A DNA stretch of 58,140 nucleotides from Mycobacterium sp. (GCA_032162105.1 JAVRPS010000446.1), one strand, 5' to 3'; counted from the stretch's first letter, positions 20,184-30,327 are shown. Notes: a model not told the origin generated them from the letters alone. A program made the numbers and translations.

Positions 20184-21034
20184 GTATCCAGCACGGCATC
20201 GACCCGAGCCTCGACGACGGCCCGGTCGCCGAGATCGTCGAGGTCGATGCCGAACCGGTCGGTCAGGGCGTCGACTACCTGTGCGGCGGTGTCGAACCGG
20301 ATCCGCTCTGTCTCGCCATCCCGATGGATCGCCAGGTTGCGGCCGCGCAGATTCCGGCGTTCGTCGTCGGTCACCAGTGCCGCCGTCAACCCGGTGACGA
20401 AATAGGACCCGGGATGTGTAGAGACATACCAACTCCCGGTCTCGAGATCGATTCGCGGCTGGGGACGGGTGTTGAACTGGTACAGCGGCTGCCATTCATC
20501 GCGGACTTGGGCCTGGAGCGTCAGCTCTGTGACATCGGAGCCATCGGCGACCAAGCGGTACGGCTCGTGCCGCGTCGATTGGACGGGTCCGGCTTCCAGT
20601 CGCACCGGCGACGACAGGGTCTGACCGCCGAATCCGACGTCGACCAGGAACGGTCCGTCCGTGCCGGGCATCGTCACCGACAGCACGTTGTGCGTCAGCG
20701 CGGGCAGCGGCGCATCCGGCTCCTTCATCCAAACCACGCGGCCGGCGAGACGCTCGACGCCGTAGCCCAACGCCTCCAGCACGAAACCCATCAGGCCGTT
20801 GTGCTCGTAGCAGTAGCCGCCGCGGCGCCGGTGCACCAACTTGTCGGTCAACGCCGCCGGGCCGAGGTCATCGACCGGTACCCCCGTCAGCGGGTCGAGG
20901 TTCTCGAATGGGATCGACCGGTTGTGCGCGGCCACCAGGCCGCGAAGCGTGTCCAGCGTCGGATCCGTCGATCCCCCGTACTCGACGCGGTCGAGGTATC
21001 CGGCCAGATCCAGTTCCGTGGCAATGCTCGTCAT
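20180..21034 (-). CDS. nat: Arylamine N-acetyltransferase
   Basis: IPFENLDP, RRGGYCYEHN (catalytic Cys), THN, FLVDVGFGG (Cys-His-Asp triad). Confidence 0.93.
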   Translation of the reverse strand: MTSIATELDLAGYLDRVEYGGSTDPTLDTLRGLVAAHNRSIPFENLDPLTGVPVDDLGPAALTDKLVHRRRGGYCYEHNGLMGFVLEALGYGVERLAGRVVWMKEPDAPLPALTHNVLSVTMPGTDGPFLVDVGFGGQTLSSPVRLEAGPVQSTRHEPYRLVADGSDVTELTLQAQVRDEWQPLYQFNTRPQPRIDLETGSWYVSTHPGSYFVTGLTAALVTDDERRNLRGRNLAIHRDGETERIRFDTAAQVVDALTDRFGIDLDDLGDRAVVEARVDAVLDT

Positions 21035-21056
21035 CGGTCCATGGTGCGACCTCAAC

Positions 21057-21101
21057 TGTGATTCAGGTCAAGAACACCCACTGGATGTGACGTGAGCTAC
21101 A
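21057..21101. promoter_or_regulatory. Two CRP-like sites in the divergent nat / secreted-protein intergenic region
   Basis: TGTGA-TTCAGG-TCAAG (21057-21072) and TGTGA-CGTGAG-CTACA (21086-21101) versus consensus TGTGA-N6-TCACA. Confidence 0.45.
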
Positions 21102-21140
21102 GCTACGGCACGACGAAGTGAAATCAAGGAAGCTGAGCTA

Positions 21141-21632
21141 ATGACACTATTGGCGCAAGCGACATTGGTCGCAGCTGCCGCGTCGCTGATGGCCATCAGC
21201 CCCGCAATCGCATCGGCCACTCCCACCGAACCCACCGGCGCCGCCGTGATGCCGATGGTCAGCAAGTTTCGCGCCTGCGACTTCACCGCGGAGATCTGGG
21301 TGAACGCCGGCGGTGACGCCCGCGGGGTTACCTACCTCAGCACGTCGGGGTCGAACGTCGTGGCCAACGTCGACCTGGCGACCGCCGAGCCCAACACCCA
21401 CTACGACGTCCGGATCATTCAGACGCCGCGGCCGTCCATGGGCTGCGCGCCCGGCGCGCCCGGCGTCATCACCGGCGGTCTGCAGACCGACGCGGGCGGC
21501 GCGGGACACACGACGCTCCAAGGCCCGATCGAATCGAACGCGACCGGCGCCTGGGTGATGATCCAACGCCCGGCGGCCAACTCCCTGACGCCTGAGGAGT
21601 TCTACACCTCGGAGTTCGTCGGCTCGATCTAA
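21141..21632 (+). CDS. Secreted hypothetical protein
   Basis: AAGGA RBS; Sec-type signal ending AIASA; two Cys; high-GC3 codon usage. Confidence 0.8.
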   Translation: MTLLAQATLVAAAASLMAISPAIASATPTEPTGAAVMPMVSKFRACDFTAEIWVNAGGDARGVTYLSTSGSNVVANVDLATAEPNTHYDVRIIQTPRPSMGCAPGAPGVITGGLQTDAGGAGHTTLQGPIESNATGAWVMIQRPAANSLTPEEFYTSEFVGSI

Positions 21633-21691
21633 ACCAGGAGCAACCTGACCGACGAGATCCGGGGGTTGACCCGACCCGGTACCATCAAAAC

Positions 21692-21705
21692 TAGAACACG
21701 TTCCA
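21692..21705. promoter_or_regulatory. KstR operator TAGAACACGTTCCA
   Basis: Perfect TnnAACnnGTTnnA upstream of the Rv1428c-fadD12-lipO-like operon, a known KstR target. Confidence 0.85.
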
Positions 21706-21722
21706 ATTCTTCAGGGGGTCCC

Positions 21723-22529
21723 GTGGACGCGACCGATATCGAGCCGCCGGAAGTCACGAAGTGGGATCCTGGCCTCACCGAACGGGTGATGGGCTGGATT
21801 CGGCCGCTGATCAAGGGTTACCACCGCGCCGAGGTGCGCGGGCTGGACGACTTCCCGCCCGGCGGTGCACTGGTGGTGGCCAACCACTCCGGCGGCATCT
21901 TCCCGATGGACGTGCCGGTCTTCGCGACGGGCTTCTACGAGAAGTTCGGCTACGACCGGCCAGTCTTCACGCTCAGCCACGACATCATCTTCACCGGGCC
22001 CACCGCCGACTTCTTCAGGAAGACCGGCTTCATCCCCGCCAACCACGAGAACGCCGACGAGGCGCTGCGCTCGGGCGGGATCGTCGTCGTCTTCCCCGGC
22101 GGCGACTACGACGTCTACCGGCCGACGACGTCGGAGAACAAGATCGACTTCGACGGTCGCACCGGCTACGTCCGGGCGGCGCTGAACGCCGGCGTGCCGA
22201 TCGTGCCGACGGTGTCGATCGGCGGGCAAGAGGCCCAGTTGTTCCTGTCGCGCGGCGAGTGGCTGGCCAAGGCGGTCCGACTGGACAAGCTCATGCGGGT
22301 CAAGATCCTTCCGATTACCTTCGGTTTCCCGTTCGGCCTGTCCGCCGTCCTTCCGGTCAACGTGCCGTTGCCGACCAAGATCGTCACCCAGGTATTGGCT
22401 CCGATCGACATCGTGGCGACGTTCGGCGAGGATCCCGACGTCGATGAGGTCGACGCCCACGTCCGGCACGTCATGCAGCGGGCCCTCGACGAGTTGGCCA
22501 GGGAACGCCGCATCCCCGTGCTTGGCTGA
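21723..22529 (+). CDS. Lysophospholipid acyltransferase (Rv1428c-like)
   Basis: VANHSGG...D, VFPGG, GVPIVP motifs. GTG 21723 follows AGGGGG. Confidence 0.88.
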   Translation: MDATDIEPPEVTKWDPGLTERVMGWIRPLIKGYHRAEVRGLDDFPPGGALVVANHSGGIFPMDVPVFATGFYEKFGYDRPVFTLSHDIIFTGPTADFFRKTGFIPANHENADEALRSGGIVVVFPGGDYDVYRPTTSENKIDFDGRTGYVRAALNAGVPIVPTVSIGGQEAQLFLSRGEWLAKAVRLDKLMRVKILPITFGFPFGLSAVLPVNVPLPTKIVTQVLAPIDIVATFGEDPDVDEVDAHVRHVMQRALDELARERRIPVLG

Positions 22530-24204
22530 AAACGTGGCGCTCACCGACACGATCGGCCTGGTGTCCACGATGGTGCGGGCCGGTGTGATCGCACCGCTTC
22601 GGCCCGACAAGTACGTCAGGATCGCCGCCGCGATGGCGCGCGAGAACATGGGCATCACTTCGGGTTTCGCCAGCGCGGCGGCGCGCTGCCCCGACCGGCC
22701 CGGGCTGATCGACGAACTCGGCACGCTGACGTGGCGGGAGATCGACCGGCGAAGTGACGCGTTGGCCGCGGCGCTACAGGCCCTGCCCGGCGGTGGACCC
22801 AAAGTGGTCGGGATCATGGCCCGCAACCACCGTGGCTTCGTCGAGGCGCTCATCGCCGCCAACCGCATCGGTGCCGACGTGCTGCTGCTGAACACGTCAT
22901 TCGCGGGCCCCGCCCTTGCGGAGGTGGTGGTGCGCGAAAAGGTCGACGCCGTCATCTACGACGAGGAGTTCACCCCCACCGTCGACCGGGCGCTGGCCGA
23001 ACACACGGGCGCCAGGCGCATCGTGGCGTGGACCGACACCACCGACGGAGGGCAGGAGCGAAGCGACCCGGGAAATGACACCGCCGACCTCACCGTCGAG
23101 AAGCTGATCGACGCATGGTCTGGAAGCCAACCCAAGCGCACCAAGGCCAAGAGCCGGGTGATCTTGTTGACGTCGGGCACCACGGGATCGCCCAAGGGCG
23201 CCAGCCACTCGGGCGGTGGACCGGAAACGCTCAAGGCGATCCTCGACCGGACCCCATGGCGGGCGGGGGAGGTGACGGTCGTCGTCGCGCCGATGTTCCA
23301 CGCCTGGGGCTTCTCGCAACTGGCCTTCGCCGCGTCGATGGCGTGCACGATCGTCACCCGGCGCAAGTTCGACCCCGAGTCCACCCTCGACCTCGTCGAC
23401 CGGCATCAGGCCACCGGATTGTGCGTCGTCCCCGTGATGTTCGACCGGATCATGGATCTGCCCGACGACGTCCGCGGGCGCTACAGCGGCCGGTCACTGC
23501 GGTTCGCGGCCGCCTCGGGATCCCGGATGCGCCCCGATGTCGTGACCAGGTTCATGGACCAGTTCGGTGACGTCGTCTACAACAACTACAACGCCACCGA
23601 GGCCGGCATGATCGCCACCGCGACGCCCGCCGACCTGCGCGCCGCCCCCGACACCGCGGGCAGGCCCGCCGAGGGCACCGACATCCGCATCCTCGACGCC
23701 GACTTCCGCGAGCGGCCGACGGGTGAGGTGGGCACCATCTACGTTCGCAACTCGACGCAGTTCGACGGCTACACCGGGGGCTCCACCGAGAAAGGCAAAG
23801 CCTTTCACGACGGTTATATGCACTCGGGCGACGTCGGTTACCTCGACGACGCGGGCCGGTTGTTCGTCGTCGGCCGCGACGACGAGATGATCGTGTCCGG
23901 CGGCGAGAACGTCTACCCGATCGAAGTGGAGAAGACGCTGGCCGCTCATCCCGAGGTCGCCGAGGCCGCGGTGGTGGGTGTGGACGACGAGCAGTACGGC
24001 CAGCGACTGGCGGCGTTCGTCGTGCTCGACGCCGGGGCAGCGGCGACGCCGGAGACACTCAAGGCGCACGTCCGGGAGAACCTGGCGAACTACAAGGTGC
24101 CGCGCCAGATCGCCGTGCTCGACGAATTGCCCCGCGGCAGCACTGGCAAGATCCTCCGTCGTGAGCTTCACGCGCTTCTCCATGCGGCTGGCGACGAGAC
24201 GTAG
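22522..24204 (+). CDS. fadD12: Acyl-CoA synthetase FadD12-like
   Basis: LTSGTTGSPKGA, YNATE, SGDVGY, SGGENVYP, TGKILR. Sits between Rv1428c-like and lipO-like genes. Start is 22522 or 22534. Confidence 0.8.
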   Translation: MAENVALTDTIGLVSTMVRAGVIAPLRPDKYVRIAAAMARENMGITSGFASAAARCPDRPGLIDELGTLTWREIDRRSDALAAALQALPGGGPKVVGIMARNHRGFVEALIAANRIGADVLLLNTSFAGPALAEVVVREKVDAVIYDEEFTPTVDRALAEHTGARRIVAWTDTTDGGQERSDPGNDTADLTVEKLIDAWSGSQPKRTKAKSRVILLTSGTTGSPKGASHSGGGPETLKAILDRTPWRAGEVTVVVAPMFHAWGFSQLAFAASMACTIVTRRKFDPESTLDLVDRHQATGLCVVPVMFDRIMDLPDDVRGRYSGRSLRFAAASGSRMRPDVVTRFMDQFGDVVYNNYNATEAGMIATATPADLRAAPDTAGRPAEGTDIRILDADFRERPTGEVGTIYVRNSTQFDGYTGGSTEKGKAFHDGYMHSGDVGYLDDAGRLFVVGRDDEMIVSGGENVYPIEVEKTLAAHPEVAEAAVVGVDDEQYGQRLAAFVVLDAGAAATPETLKAHVRENLANYKVPRQIAVLDELPRGSTGKILRRELHALLHAAGDET

Positions 24205-25414
24205 GCGGTATCCGCTGCTGCGTGCGGTCGCGGAGCTGGTCAACGCCAGCAACGCGGCGCACCCGCTGGGCCGCAAGGGCTATGTCACGCTGCCGGTGTT
24301 CGCGTTCGGCTGGCCGACCGGCGAGGCCGCCCCCGTGGTGGCCGGTGCGTCGATGCTGGACGCCGCCCGACGCGGCCTGCGGGGCGACTTCACGGGCCTC
24401 CGCGGCCGAATCGCCCTGGCGCTGACGGTGCTCAGCTGGGGCGTGCTCGGTTTCGTCTACCGCCGTTCCGCGCAGTCCCAGCACTACTTCGAGGATCCGC
24501 TGCGCGAGACGCTCGGCGAGAACTACGAGGCGGTCGCCGCGCAGGAGCGACGCCGCAGGCCGGGCGGTGTGCTCCGCACGTCGTGGAGCAGGCGGCAGTA
24601 CGTACAGAAGACGAGCACCGTCCGCTACGGACCGCACCGGGTCAACGTCGCCGACGTGTGGCGGCGCGCCGACCTCCCCCGTGACGGGCGTGCCCCAGTG
24701 CTGCTGCAGGTGCCCGGCGGCGCATGGGCGATCGGGATGCGCCGCCCGCAGGCCTACCCGCTGATGAGCCACCTGGCCGAGCGCGGCTGGGTCTGCGTGT
24801 CGATGGCGTACCGGGTGAGCCCGCGCAACAGCTGGCCCGCGCACATCGTCGACGTGAAGCGGGCGCTGGCATGGGTCAAGGAAAACATCGCCGAATACGG
24901 CGGCGACCCGGACTTCGTGGCGATCACGGGAGGCTCGGCGGGCGGACACCTGACCGCTCTAGCGGCGCTGACGCCGAACGATCCGCAATGGCAGCCCGGC
25001 TTCGAGGACGCCGACACGTCGGTGGTGGCGGCCGTCCCGGTGTACGGACGCTACGACTGGTTCAGCACCAAGGGGGCCGGCCGCCCGGAGTTCATCGCCT
25101 TTCTGCAGAAGTTCGTGATCAAGAAGCGCTTCGCCGGGAACGGGCAGGTGTACGTGGACGCGTCACCCATCGCCAAGGTCCGGTCCGACGCTCCACCGTT
25201 CTTCGTGCTGCACGGCCAGGACGACTCGATCATCCCCGTCCGGGAGGGGCGCGCGTTCGCCGCGGCGCTGGAGGAGGCGTCGGACCACCCGGTGGCGTAC
25301 GCAGAGATTCCGCACGCCCAGCACGCCTTCGACTTCTTTGGCTCGCCGCACGGCCACTACACCGCCACGGCGGTGGCCCACTTCCTGGACTGGGTGAAGG
25401 CCACCCGGGGTTGA
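24182..25414 (+). CDS. lipO: Alpha/beta hydrolase, LipO-like esterase
   Basis: VPGGAW, GGSAGGH nucleophile elbow, HGQDD, HAFD. Operon context. Confidence 0.78.
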   Translation: MRLATRRRRYPLLRAVAELVNASNAAHPLGRKGYVTLPVFAFGWPTGEAAPVVAGASMLDAARRGLRGDFTGLRGRIALALTVLSWGVLGFVYRRSAQSQHYFEDPLRETLGENYEAVAAQERRRRPGGVLRTSWSRRQYVQKTSTVRYGPHRVNVADVWRRADLPRDGRAPVLLQVPGGAWAIGMRRPQAYPLMSHLAERGWVCVSMAYRVSPRNSWPAHIVDVKRALAWVKENIAEYGGDPDFVAITGGSAGGHLTALAALTPNDPQWQPGFEDADTSVVAAVPVYGRYDWFSTKGAGRPEFIAFLQKFVIKKRFAGNGQVYVDASPIAKVRSDAPPFFVLHGQDDSIIPVREGRAFAAALEEASDHPVAYAEIPHAQHAFDFFGSPHGHYTATAVAHFLDWVKATRG

Positions 25415-25504
25415 CCGCGTAGAAGGGCCTTCTCATGGCTGGCGATACCGAACCTTCCCGGGACGAGATGGGCTCCGGCGTCGAACCGCCCGTTTTCGCC
25501 GAGG

Positions 25505-26365
25505 GTGCGTCGGGCATTCGGGCTCCTGGAACGCCTCGCTCCCGCGATCGGAGCGAGGTGGGCCGTCGAGCTGTGGTGCACACCGCCCGTCATGGAGTCG
25601 AGTTTGCGCATGCCGCCGGGTGTTTCGCCGGGCGAGCCGGTCGAGGCAGCGTGGTCCGGACACCGGATCGCCGGGGAGTCATGGGGCACTGGGCCACCGG
25701 TGTACCTCGTGCACGGCTGGGGCGGCTGCCGCGCGCATCTGGCGATCTTCGTCAAACCGCTCGTCGCGGCCGGCCACCGGGTCATCGCGTTCGACCTGCC
25801 GAGCCACAACGAGTCCGATCCAGGCGCACTCGCGCCCGGACGCACCACGATCGTCGAGTGCGCCCACGCGGTACGCGCCGTCGTGCAAGCACACGGGCCC
25901 GCGCACGCGATCGTGGCTCACTCCCTCGGTGCGAAGGCTGCCGCGTTGGCGACGGAGTGGGGCACACCGGTCGAACGTCTGGTGTTCCTGGCGCCGATGG
26001 GTGACTTCTCGATGTATCTGGACCTCTTCGCCGATCGCCACGGCTTCGGACTCCGCATCCGCACCGGGCTGCATCGCCGTCTCGATCGACGAGTTGGCAT
26101 GCCGCTGTTCGACACCGACATCTCCCACGTGGCGGCCGCAATCAACAGTCCGACGCCGCTTCTGGTCATCCACGATCCCGATGACCCCGACAGTCCCTAC
26201 GCGACGAGCGAGAAGGTCGTCGGCATTTGGCCTGACGCACGCTTGGTCACCACCCGTGGGCTCGGGCGGCTTGCGCACTACCGCATCCTGCGACATCGCC
26301 CTGCGATCAATGCCGGCATCGACTTCATCGGCCACTCAGCCGGACAATCTCAAGACGTGACATGA
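25505..26365 (+). CDS. Alpha/beta fold hydrolase
   Basis: LVHGWGG, AHSLG, IHDPDD, AHYRIL. Start uncertain. Confidence 0.85.
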   Translation: MRRAFGLLERLAPAIGARWAVELWCTPPVMESSLRMPPGVSPGEPVEAAWSGHRIAGESWGTGPPVYLVHGWGGCRAHLAIFVKPLVAAGHRVIAFDLPSHNESDPGALAPGRTTIVECAHAVRAVVQAHGPAHAIVAHSLGAKAAALATEWGTPVERLVFLAPMGDFSMYLDLFADRHGFGLRIRTGLHRRLDRRVGMPLFDTDISHVAAAINSPTPLLVIHDPDDPDSPYATSEKVVGIWPDARLVTTRGLGRLAHYRILRHRPAINAGIDFIGHSAGQSQDVT

Positions 26366-26387
26366 CGTCGTCGCGGACAGTCGAGCC

Positions 26388-26425
26388 GCATCCGCGGATG
26401 CAGAACCCCTTCTTATCCGCGGATA
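26388..26425. promoter_or_regulatory. Tandem palindromes (ATCCGCGGAT x2), candidate molybdate-regulator operator
   Basis: GCATCCGCGGATGC at 26388-26401 and TATCCGCGGATA at 26414-26425, upstream of a TAGCAT -10 box (26434-26439) and GTG 26446. Confidence 0.6.
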
Positions 26426-26445
26426 CGGTGGGATAGCATCCGTGC

Positions 26446-26853
26446 GTGCCGTCGATCCGAATCCGCGAGGCCGCCGGCCTGCTCGGGGTCAGCGACGACA
26501 CCGTCCGGCGATGGATAGACCACGGCAGTCTGTCCGCGACTGAGGACGACTCCGGGCGCATGGTGATCGCGGGTGACGTTCTCGCGGAGTTCGCCCGCGC
26601 CAATGCGGCTCCGGTGCCGCAGGATCCGCTTGGAGTCGCCAGCTCGGCACGCAACCGTTTCGTGGGCCTGGTGACCAAGGTCGTCACCGACAAGGTGATG
26701 GCTCACGTCGAGATGCAATGCGGACCGTTCGTCGTCGTATCGCTCATGAGCGCCGATGCCGTGCGCGAGCTGAAACTCGAGCCAGGCAGCGTCGCCGTCG
26801 CCGTCGTCAAGGCCACCACCGTCATCGTCGAGACACACCGAGGAGATTCGTGA
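26446..26853 (+). CDS. HTH + TOBE (molybdate-binding) regulator
   Basis: IREAAGLLGVSDDTVRRW HTH; SSARN and VKAT TOBE motifs. Confidence 0.88.
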   Translation: MPSIRIREAAGLLGVSDDTVRRWIDHGSLSATEDDSGRMVIAGDVLAEFARANAAPVPQDPLGVASSARNRFVGLVTKVVTDKVMAHVEMQCGPFVVVSLMSADAVRELKLEPGSVAVAVVKATTVIVETHRGDS

Positions 26854-27653
26854 AGCGCGCTCTTGGACTAGTCATGGCGGGCGTCGTGTCCATGGCCGTG
26901 GCGACCGGCTGCGGGTCGTCGACCGACTCGTCCTCGCCGGCCACCTCATCCGGCGGCTCCACGAGCACGGCGGCGGCAGGCGGGCAACTCGTCGTGTTCG
27001 CTGCAGCGTCACTGAAGAAGACGTTCACCGACATCGGCGAACAGTTCAAGACCGACAACCCCGGTTGGTCCGTCGACTTCACCTTCGCCGGTTCGTCGGA
27101 CCTGGTGACCCAGTTGACCCAGGGCGCCAAGGCCGACGTGTTCGCCTCCGCAGACGAGAAGAACATGGACAAGGCGACCCAGGCCGGGCTGCTCTCCGGT
27201 GCCCCCGTCGACTTCGCGTCCAACACCCTCGTCATCGTCACCGCGCCGGGCAACCCGAAGAAGGTGAGTTCGTTCGCCGATCTGGCCACGCCGGACCTGA
27301 GTGTCGTCGTGTGCGCACCGCAGGTGCCGTGCGGATCGGCGACGAAGAAGGTCGAGGACGGGACCAAGGTGACACTCAACCCGGTGAGCGAGGAATCCTC
27401 GGTCACCGACGTGCTGACGAAGGTGACCAGCGGGCAGGCCGACGCGGGAGTCGTCTACGTCACCGACGCCATCAGCGCTGGCGACAAGGTCGCCCAGGTC
27501 GACTTCGTGGAGTCATCCGTTGCGGTCAACACCTATCCGATCGCGGTGCTCAAGAGCGCAACCGACGCGGACGCGGCCAAGAAGTTCGTCGACCTGGTGA
27601 CCAGCGAGGCGGGCCAGAAGGTGCTGTCGCAAGCGGGCTTCGCCAAGCCCTGA
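26850..27653 (+). CDS. modA: Molybdate ABC transporter substrate-binding lipoprotein
   Basis: GTGA overlap with RBS GAGGAG; lipobox ATGC; VFAAASL, FAGSSDL, VPCG, ADAGVVYVTD, YPIA. Confidence 0.9.
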   Translation: MKRALGLVMAGVVSMAVATGCGSSTDSSSPATSSGGSTSTAAAGGQLVVFAAASLKKTFTDIGEQFKTDNPGWSVDFTFAGSSDLVTQLTQGAKADVFASADEKNMDKATQAGLLSGAPVDFASNTLVIVTAPGNPKKVSSFADLATPDLSVVVCAPQVPCGSATKKVEDGTKVTLNPVSEESSVTDVLTKVTSGQADAGVVYVTDAISAGDKVAQVDFVESSVAVNTYPIAVLKSATDADAAKKFVDLVTSEAGQKVLSQAGFAKP

Positions 27654-27664
27654 CTCGGTGACGG

Positions 27665-29083
27665 CTACTGGGCCATCGCGCCCTCGACGACGGTGAGCTC
27701 TTCGGAAAGCCCAGCGGCGCGCCGGATTTCGATGAACGCCTCGATCATGCCCTTGGTCAGCTCATGCGGGTCTTCGAGCGTGGCGCCGTCGGACAGCACC
27801 GAGATGTTCAGCTGGTCGACGTAGCTCCACACGGTGATGTTCAGGCCGCTGCCGGTGGTGAGCGGGCCCACCGAGTAGATCTCGGTGACCAATGCGCCGC
27901 CCACCCGGCCGTGCTCGCGGGGGCCTGGCACGTTGGAGATGGGCAGGTTGAGCACCTTGTTCTGACCGTCCTTGTTGGCCAGCCAGCGGAACAGCGCCTC
28001 GGCGGGCGCGGGCGGGAAGTATGCCGACCAACGGCTGACCAGTTCGGGCCCCATCAGGTCGTGAGCCTCCTTGGCGTCCACCGCCGCGTCGTGCACGGCC
28101 TGCACGCGCTCGAGCGGATCCTCGAGCTCCACGGGCAGCACCATCATGACGCCGGTGAAGTAGTTGCCCGAGATCCGATCGCGCGAGAAGTCGAAACTCA
28201 CTGGGACGGAAGCCAACAACGGGTGATCGGCGTTGCCGTCGTAGCGCAGCAGAAGCTTGCGCAGTGCCCCAGCCGAGATTGCGAGCACCATGTCGTTGAT
28301 GGTGGCGCCCAGGTGCTTGCCCGTCGCCTTGACGTCGGCGAGCGCCAGCGACGCGGTCGCGAACTTGCGCGTGCCGTCGACCATGTGGTTCATGAAGCTG
28401 GGTGGCGGCGTGAACGGACGGGTCAACTCCGGCGACAACTTCCGCGAACTCTTGCGCACCCGACTCAAGCCCGCGGCGGTGTAGCGCATCACGCCGGGCA
28501 GTCTGCCGATCTGGCGCAGGTGGTCGCCGAACGCGGTTCGCACCAGCTCCGGCCGGGTCGGCGCGGGATCGGTTGCGTACCCGTCCCGATCGGCCTGCGT
28601 CCCATCCGACAGATCCATCCCGCGCGCCATCAGGTTCGCCGACGCGACCCCATCGGCCAAGGCGTGGTGGATCTTCCCCAGCACGGCGATCCTGCCGTTG
28701 GCAAGCCCCTCGATGAAGTACATCTCCCACAGCGGCCTGCTGCGGTCGAGTGGTGTGCCGGCGATCTTGCCGACCGCCTCGTCGAGTTGGCGCCTGCCCC
28801 CTGGGCTGTCCACCCGGTACGGCCGCACGTGGTAGTCGATGTCGACTTCGCAGTTCTCCCGCCACATCGGGTGGTGGAACTTGAACGGGATGTCGACGAG
28901 TTCGTAGCGGAAGGGGTCGAGCTTGTAGAGCCGGCCACGGATCACCTGACGGAACTCGTCGATGCCGAACTGTCGGCCCTTGAGGTCGTCGAGCGTGATC
29001 ACGGCGAGCTTGAGGGTGTGCATGTGCACTGCCGGTGTTTCGCTGTACAGCAGCACAGCGTCCCACCCGCTGAGTCTCTTCAC
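27665..29083 (-). CDS. Wax ester synthase / diacylglycerol acyltransferase (Rv0221-like)
   Basis: RLSGWD, PLWE, HHALADG catalytic motif, ISNVPGP. Confidence 0.92.
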   Translation of the reverse strand: MKRLSGWDAVLLYSETPAVHMHTLKLAVITLDDLKGRQFGIDEFRQVIRGRLYKLDPFRYELVDIPFKFHHPMWRENCEVDIDYHVRPYRVDSPGGRRQLDEAVGKIAGTPLDRSRPLWEMYFIEGLANGRIAVLGKIHHALADGVASANLMARGMDLSDGTQADRDGYATDPAPTRPELVRTAFGDHLRQIGRLPGVMRYTAAGLSRVRKSSRKLSPELTRPFTPPPSFMNHMVDGTRKFATASLALADVKATGKHLGATINDMVLAISAGALRKLLLRYDGNADHPLLASVPVSFDFSRDRISGNYFTGVMMVLPVELEDPLERVQAVHDAAVDAKEAHDLMGPELVSRWSAYFPPAPAEALFRWLANKDGQNKVLNLPISNVPGPREHGRVGGALVTEIYSVGPLTTGSGLNITVWSYVDQLNISVLSDGATLEDPHELTKGMIEAFIEIRRAAGLSEELTVVEGAMAQ

Positions 29084-29103
29084 CCGAACCTCCTACCCGG
29101 AGG

Positions 29104-30327
29104 CTATATAACCTGCTTCTCCCGGATGATCGTCCGGTTTCGGTGTACTTCATTGAGGAACAAGCCGATTGCCGTGGCCATCGAGCCGGTGCGGGCACCG
29201 TCGGTCATGTCGAACCCGTGCCCGGCGCCCGGCAACTCGACGTAACCGACCAGGGCTCGCGACGCGGACCGCAGCTTCTCCACGAAGTCACGCGCCTGCT
29301 GCACCGGGATGACGGTGTCGCCGCTGCCATGGATGACCAGGAACGGCGGCGCGTCGGCGTGGGTGCGGGCGATCGGCGAGGCCTTGCGGAAGATCTCCGG
29401 GTGTCTGTCGATCTTGCGCTTGACCACCACGTGCTCGAGGAAGTCGACGAAGCGGGCCCGCTCGACGGTGGACCGGTCCTCCCAGTCGTAGCGGCCGTAG
29501 ATGCCGACGACGGCGGCGACGGACGTGTCGGACCCCTCGGGAAGATCGTCCTGGAGCTCGGGATCGTTGGCCGTCAGACCGGCCAGGGCTGCGAGATGCC
29601 CACCGGCCGACGTACCGGCCAAAGCGACGAAGTCGCGGTCGCCGCCGAACTTGTCCACATTGGCGCGCGCCCACGCGATGGCGGTCTTCACGTCGGTGAT
29701 GTGTTGGGGCCAGCGGTGATTCGGCGCAACCCGGTAGTCAATGGACAGGCACACCCAGCCCATCTCGGCCAGGTGCGACATCAATGCGTAGCCCTGCAGC
29801 AGCCGGCTGCCGTGCACCCATGCGCCGCCAGGAACGAACAGCAGCACCGGTGCGGGTTGGGTGGGCAATTCCTCGCGGCGCCACACGTCGAGCAGTTGCG
29901 CCGGGCTGTCGCCGTAGCGCACCGAGGACCGGTACACGTTCTTGCGATGCTCGAACGCCTTCCACACCGGTGGGGTGCGCTCGGGCGCGGGCCAGGTGAT
30001 ATCGAGATCCTTTGCAGGCACGACACCCCTCAACGCGGCTTCGGTCACGGTGTTGGTGGCGTCGCGCTCCTGCTTGCGCACCTCGCCGATGCCCGGCGTG
30101 AACCACGACTTCACCGCCGCCACGAGGAAGTCCGGCATGTGCCGGACACCCCAGATGCTCATCGCCGTGGCGCCGCCGAGCGGCTCGAGATGCCTGCCGA
30201 TTACGGGCAGCGAGGTGGATGCGACGCTCATCGCCAGCATGTAATCGGCGGGGCCTGCCTTCATCAACCAGCGCGCTCGCGTGGTCCAGGTCGGTCCGGG
30301 GTACCGGGTGTCCGGGCGAGCCGTCAT
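29104..30327 (-). CDS. lipC: Esterase LipC-like
   Basis: VPGGAW, GTSAGGH, HGSGD, HGFD. Directly upstream of the Rv0221-like gene, as in M. tuberculosis. Confidence 0.82.
   Translation of the reverse strand: MTARPDTRYPGPTWTTRARWLMKAGPADYMLAMSVASTSLPVIGRHLEPLGGATAMSIWGVRHMPDFLVAAVKSWFTPGIGEVRKQERDATNTVTEAALRGVVPAKDLDITWPAPERTPPVWKAFEHRKNVYRSSVRYGDSPAQLLDVWRREELPTQPAPVLLFVPGGAWVHGSRLLQGYALMSHLAEMGWVCLSIDYRVAPNHRWPQHITDVKTAIAWARANVDKFGGDRDFVALAGTSAGGHLAALAGLTANDPELQDDLPEGSDTSVAAVVGIYGRYDWEDRSTVERARFVDFLEHVVVKRKIDRHPEIFRKASPIARTHADAPPFLVIHGSGDTVIPVQQARDFVEKLRSASRALVGYVELPGAGHGFDMTDGARTGSMATAIGLFLNEVHRNRTIIREKQVI

Noticed and set aside
25435-26004. Possible frameshifted N-terminus for the alpha/beta hydrolase (ATG 25435)
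   Set aside because: The hydrolase frame is itself open upstream of 25505, so no frameshift is needed; it cannot be supported without homologs.
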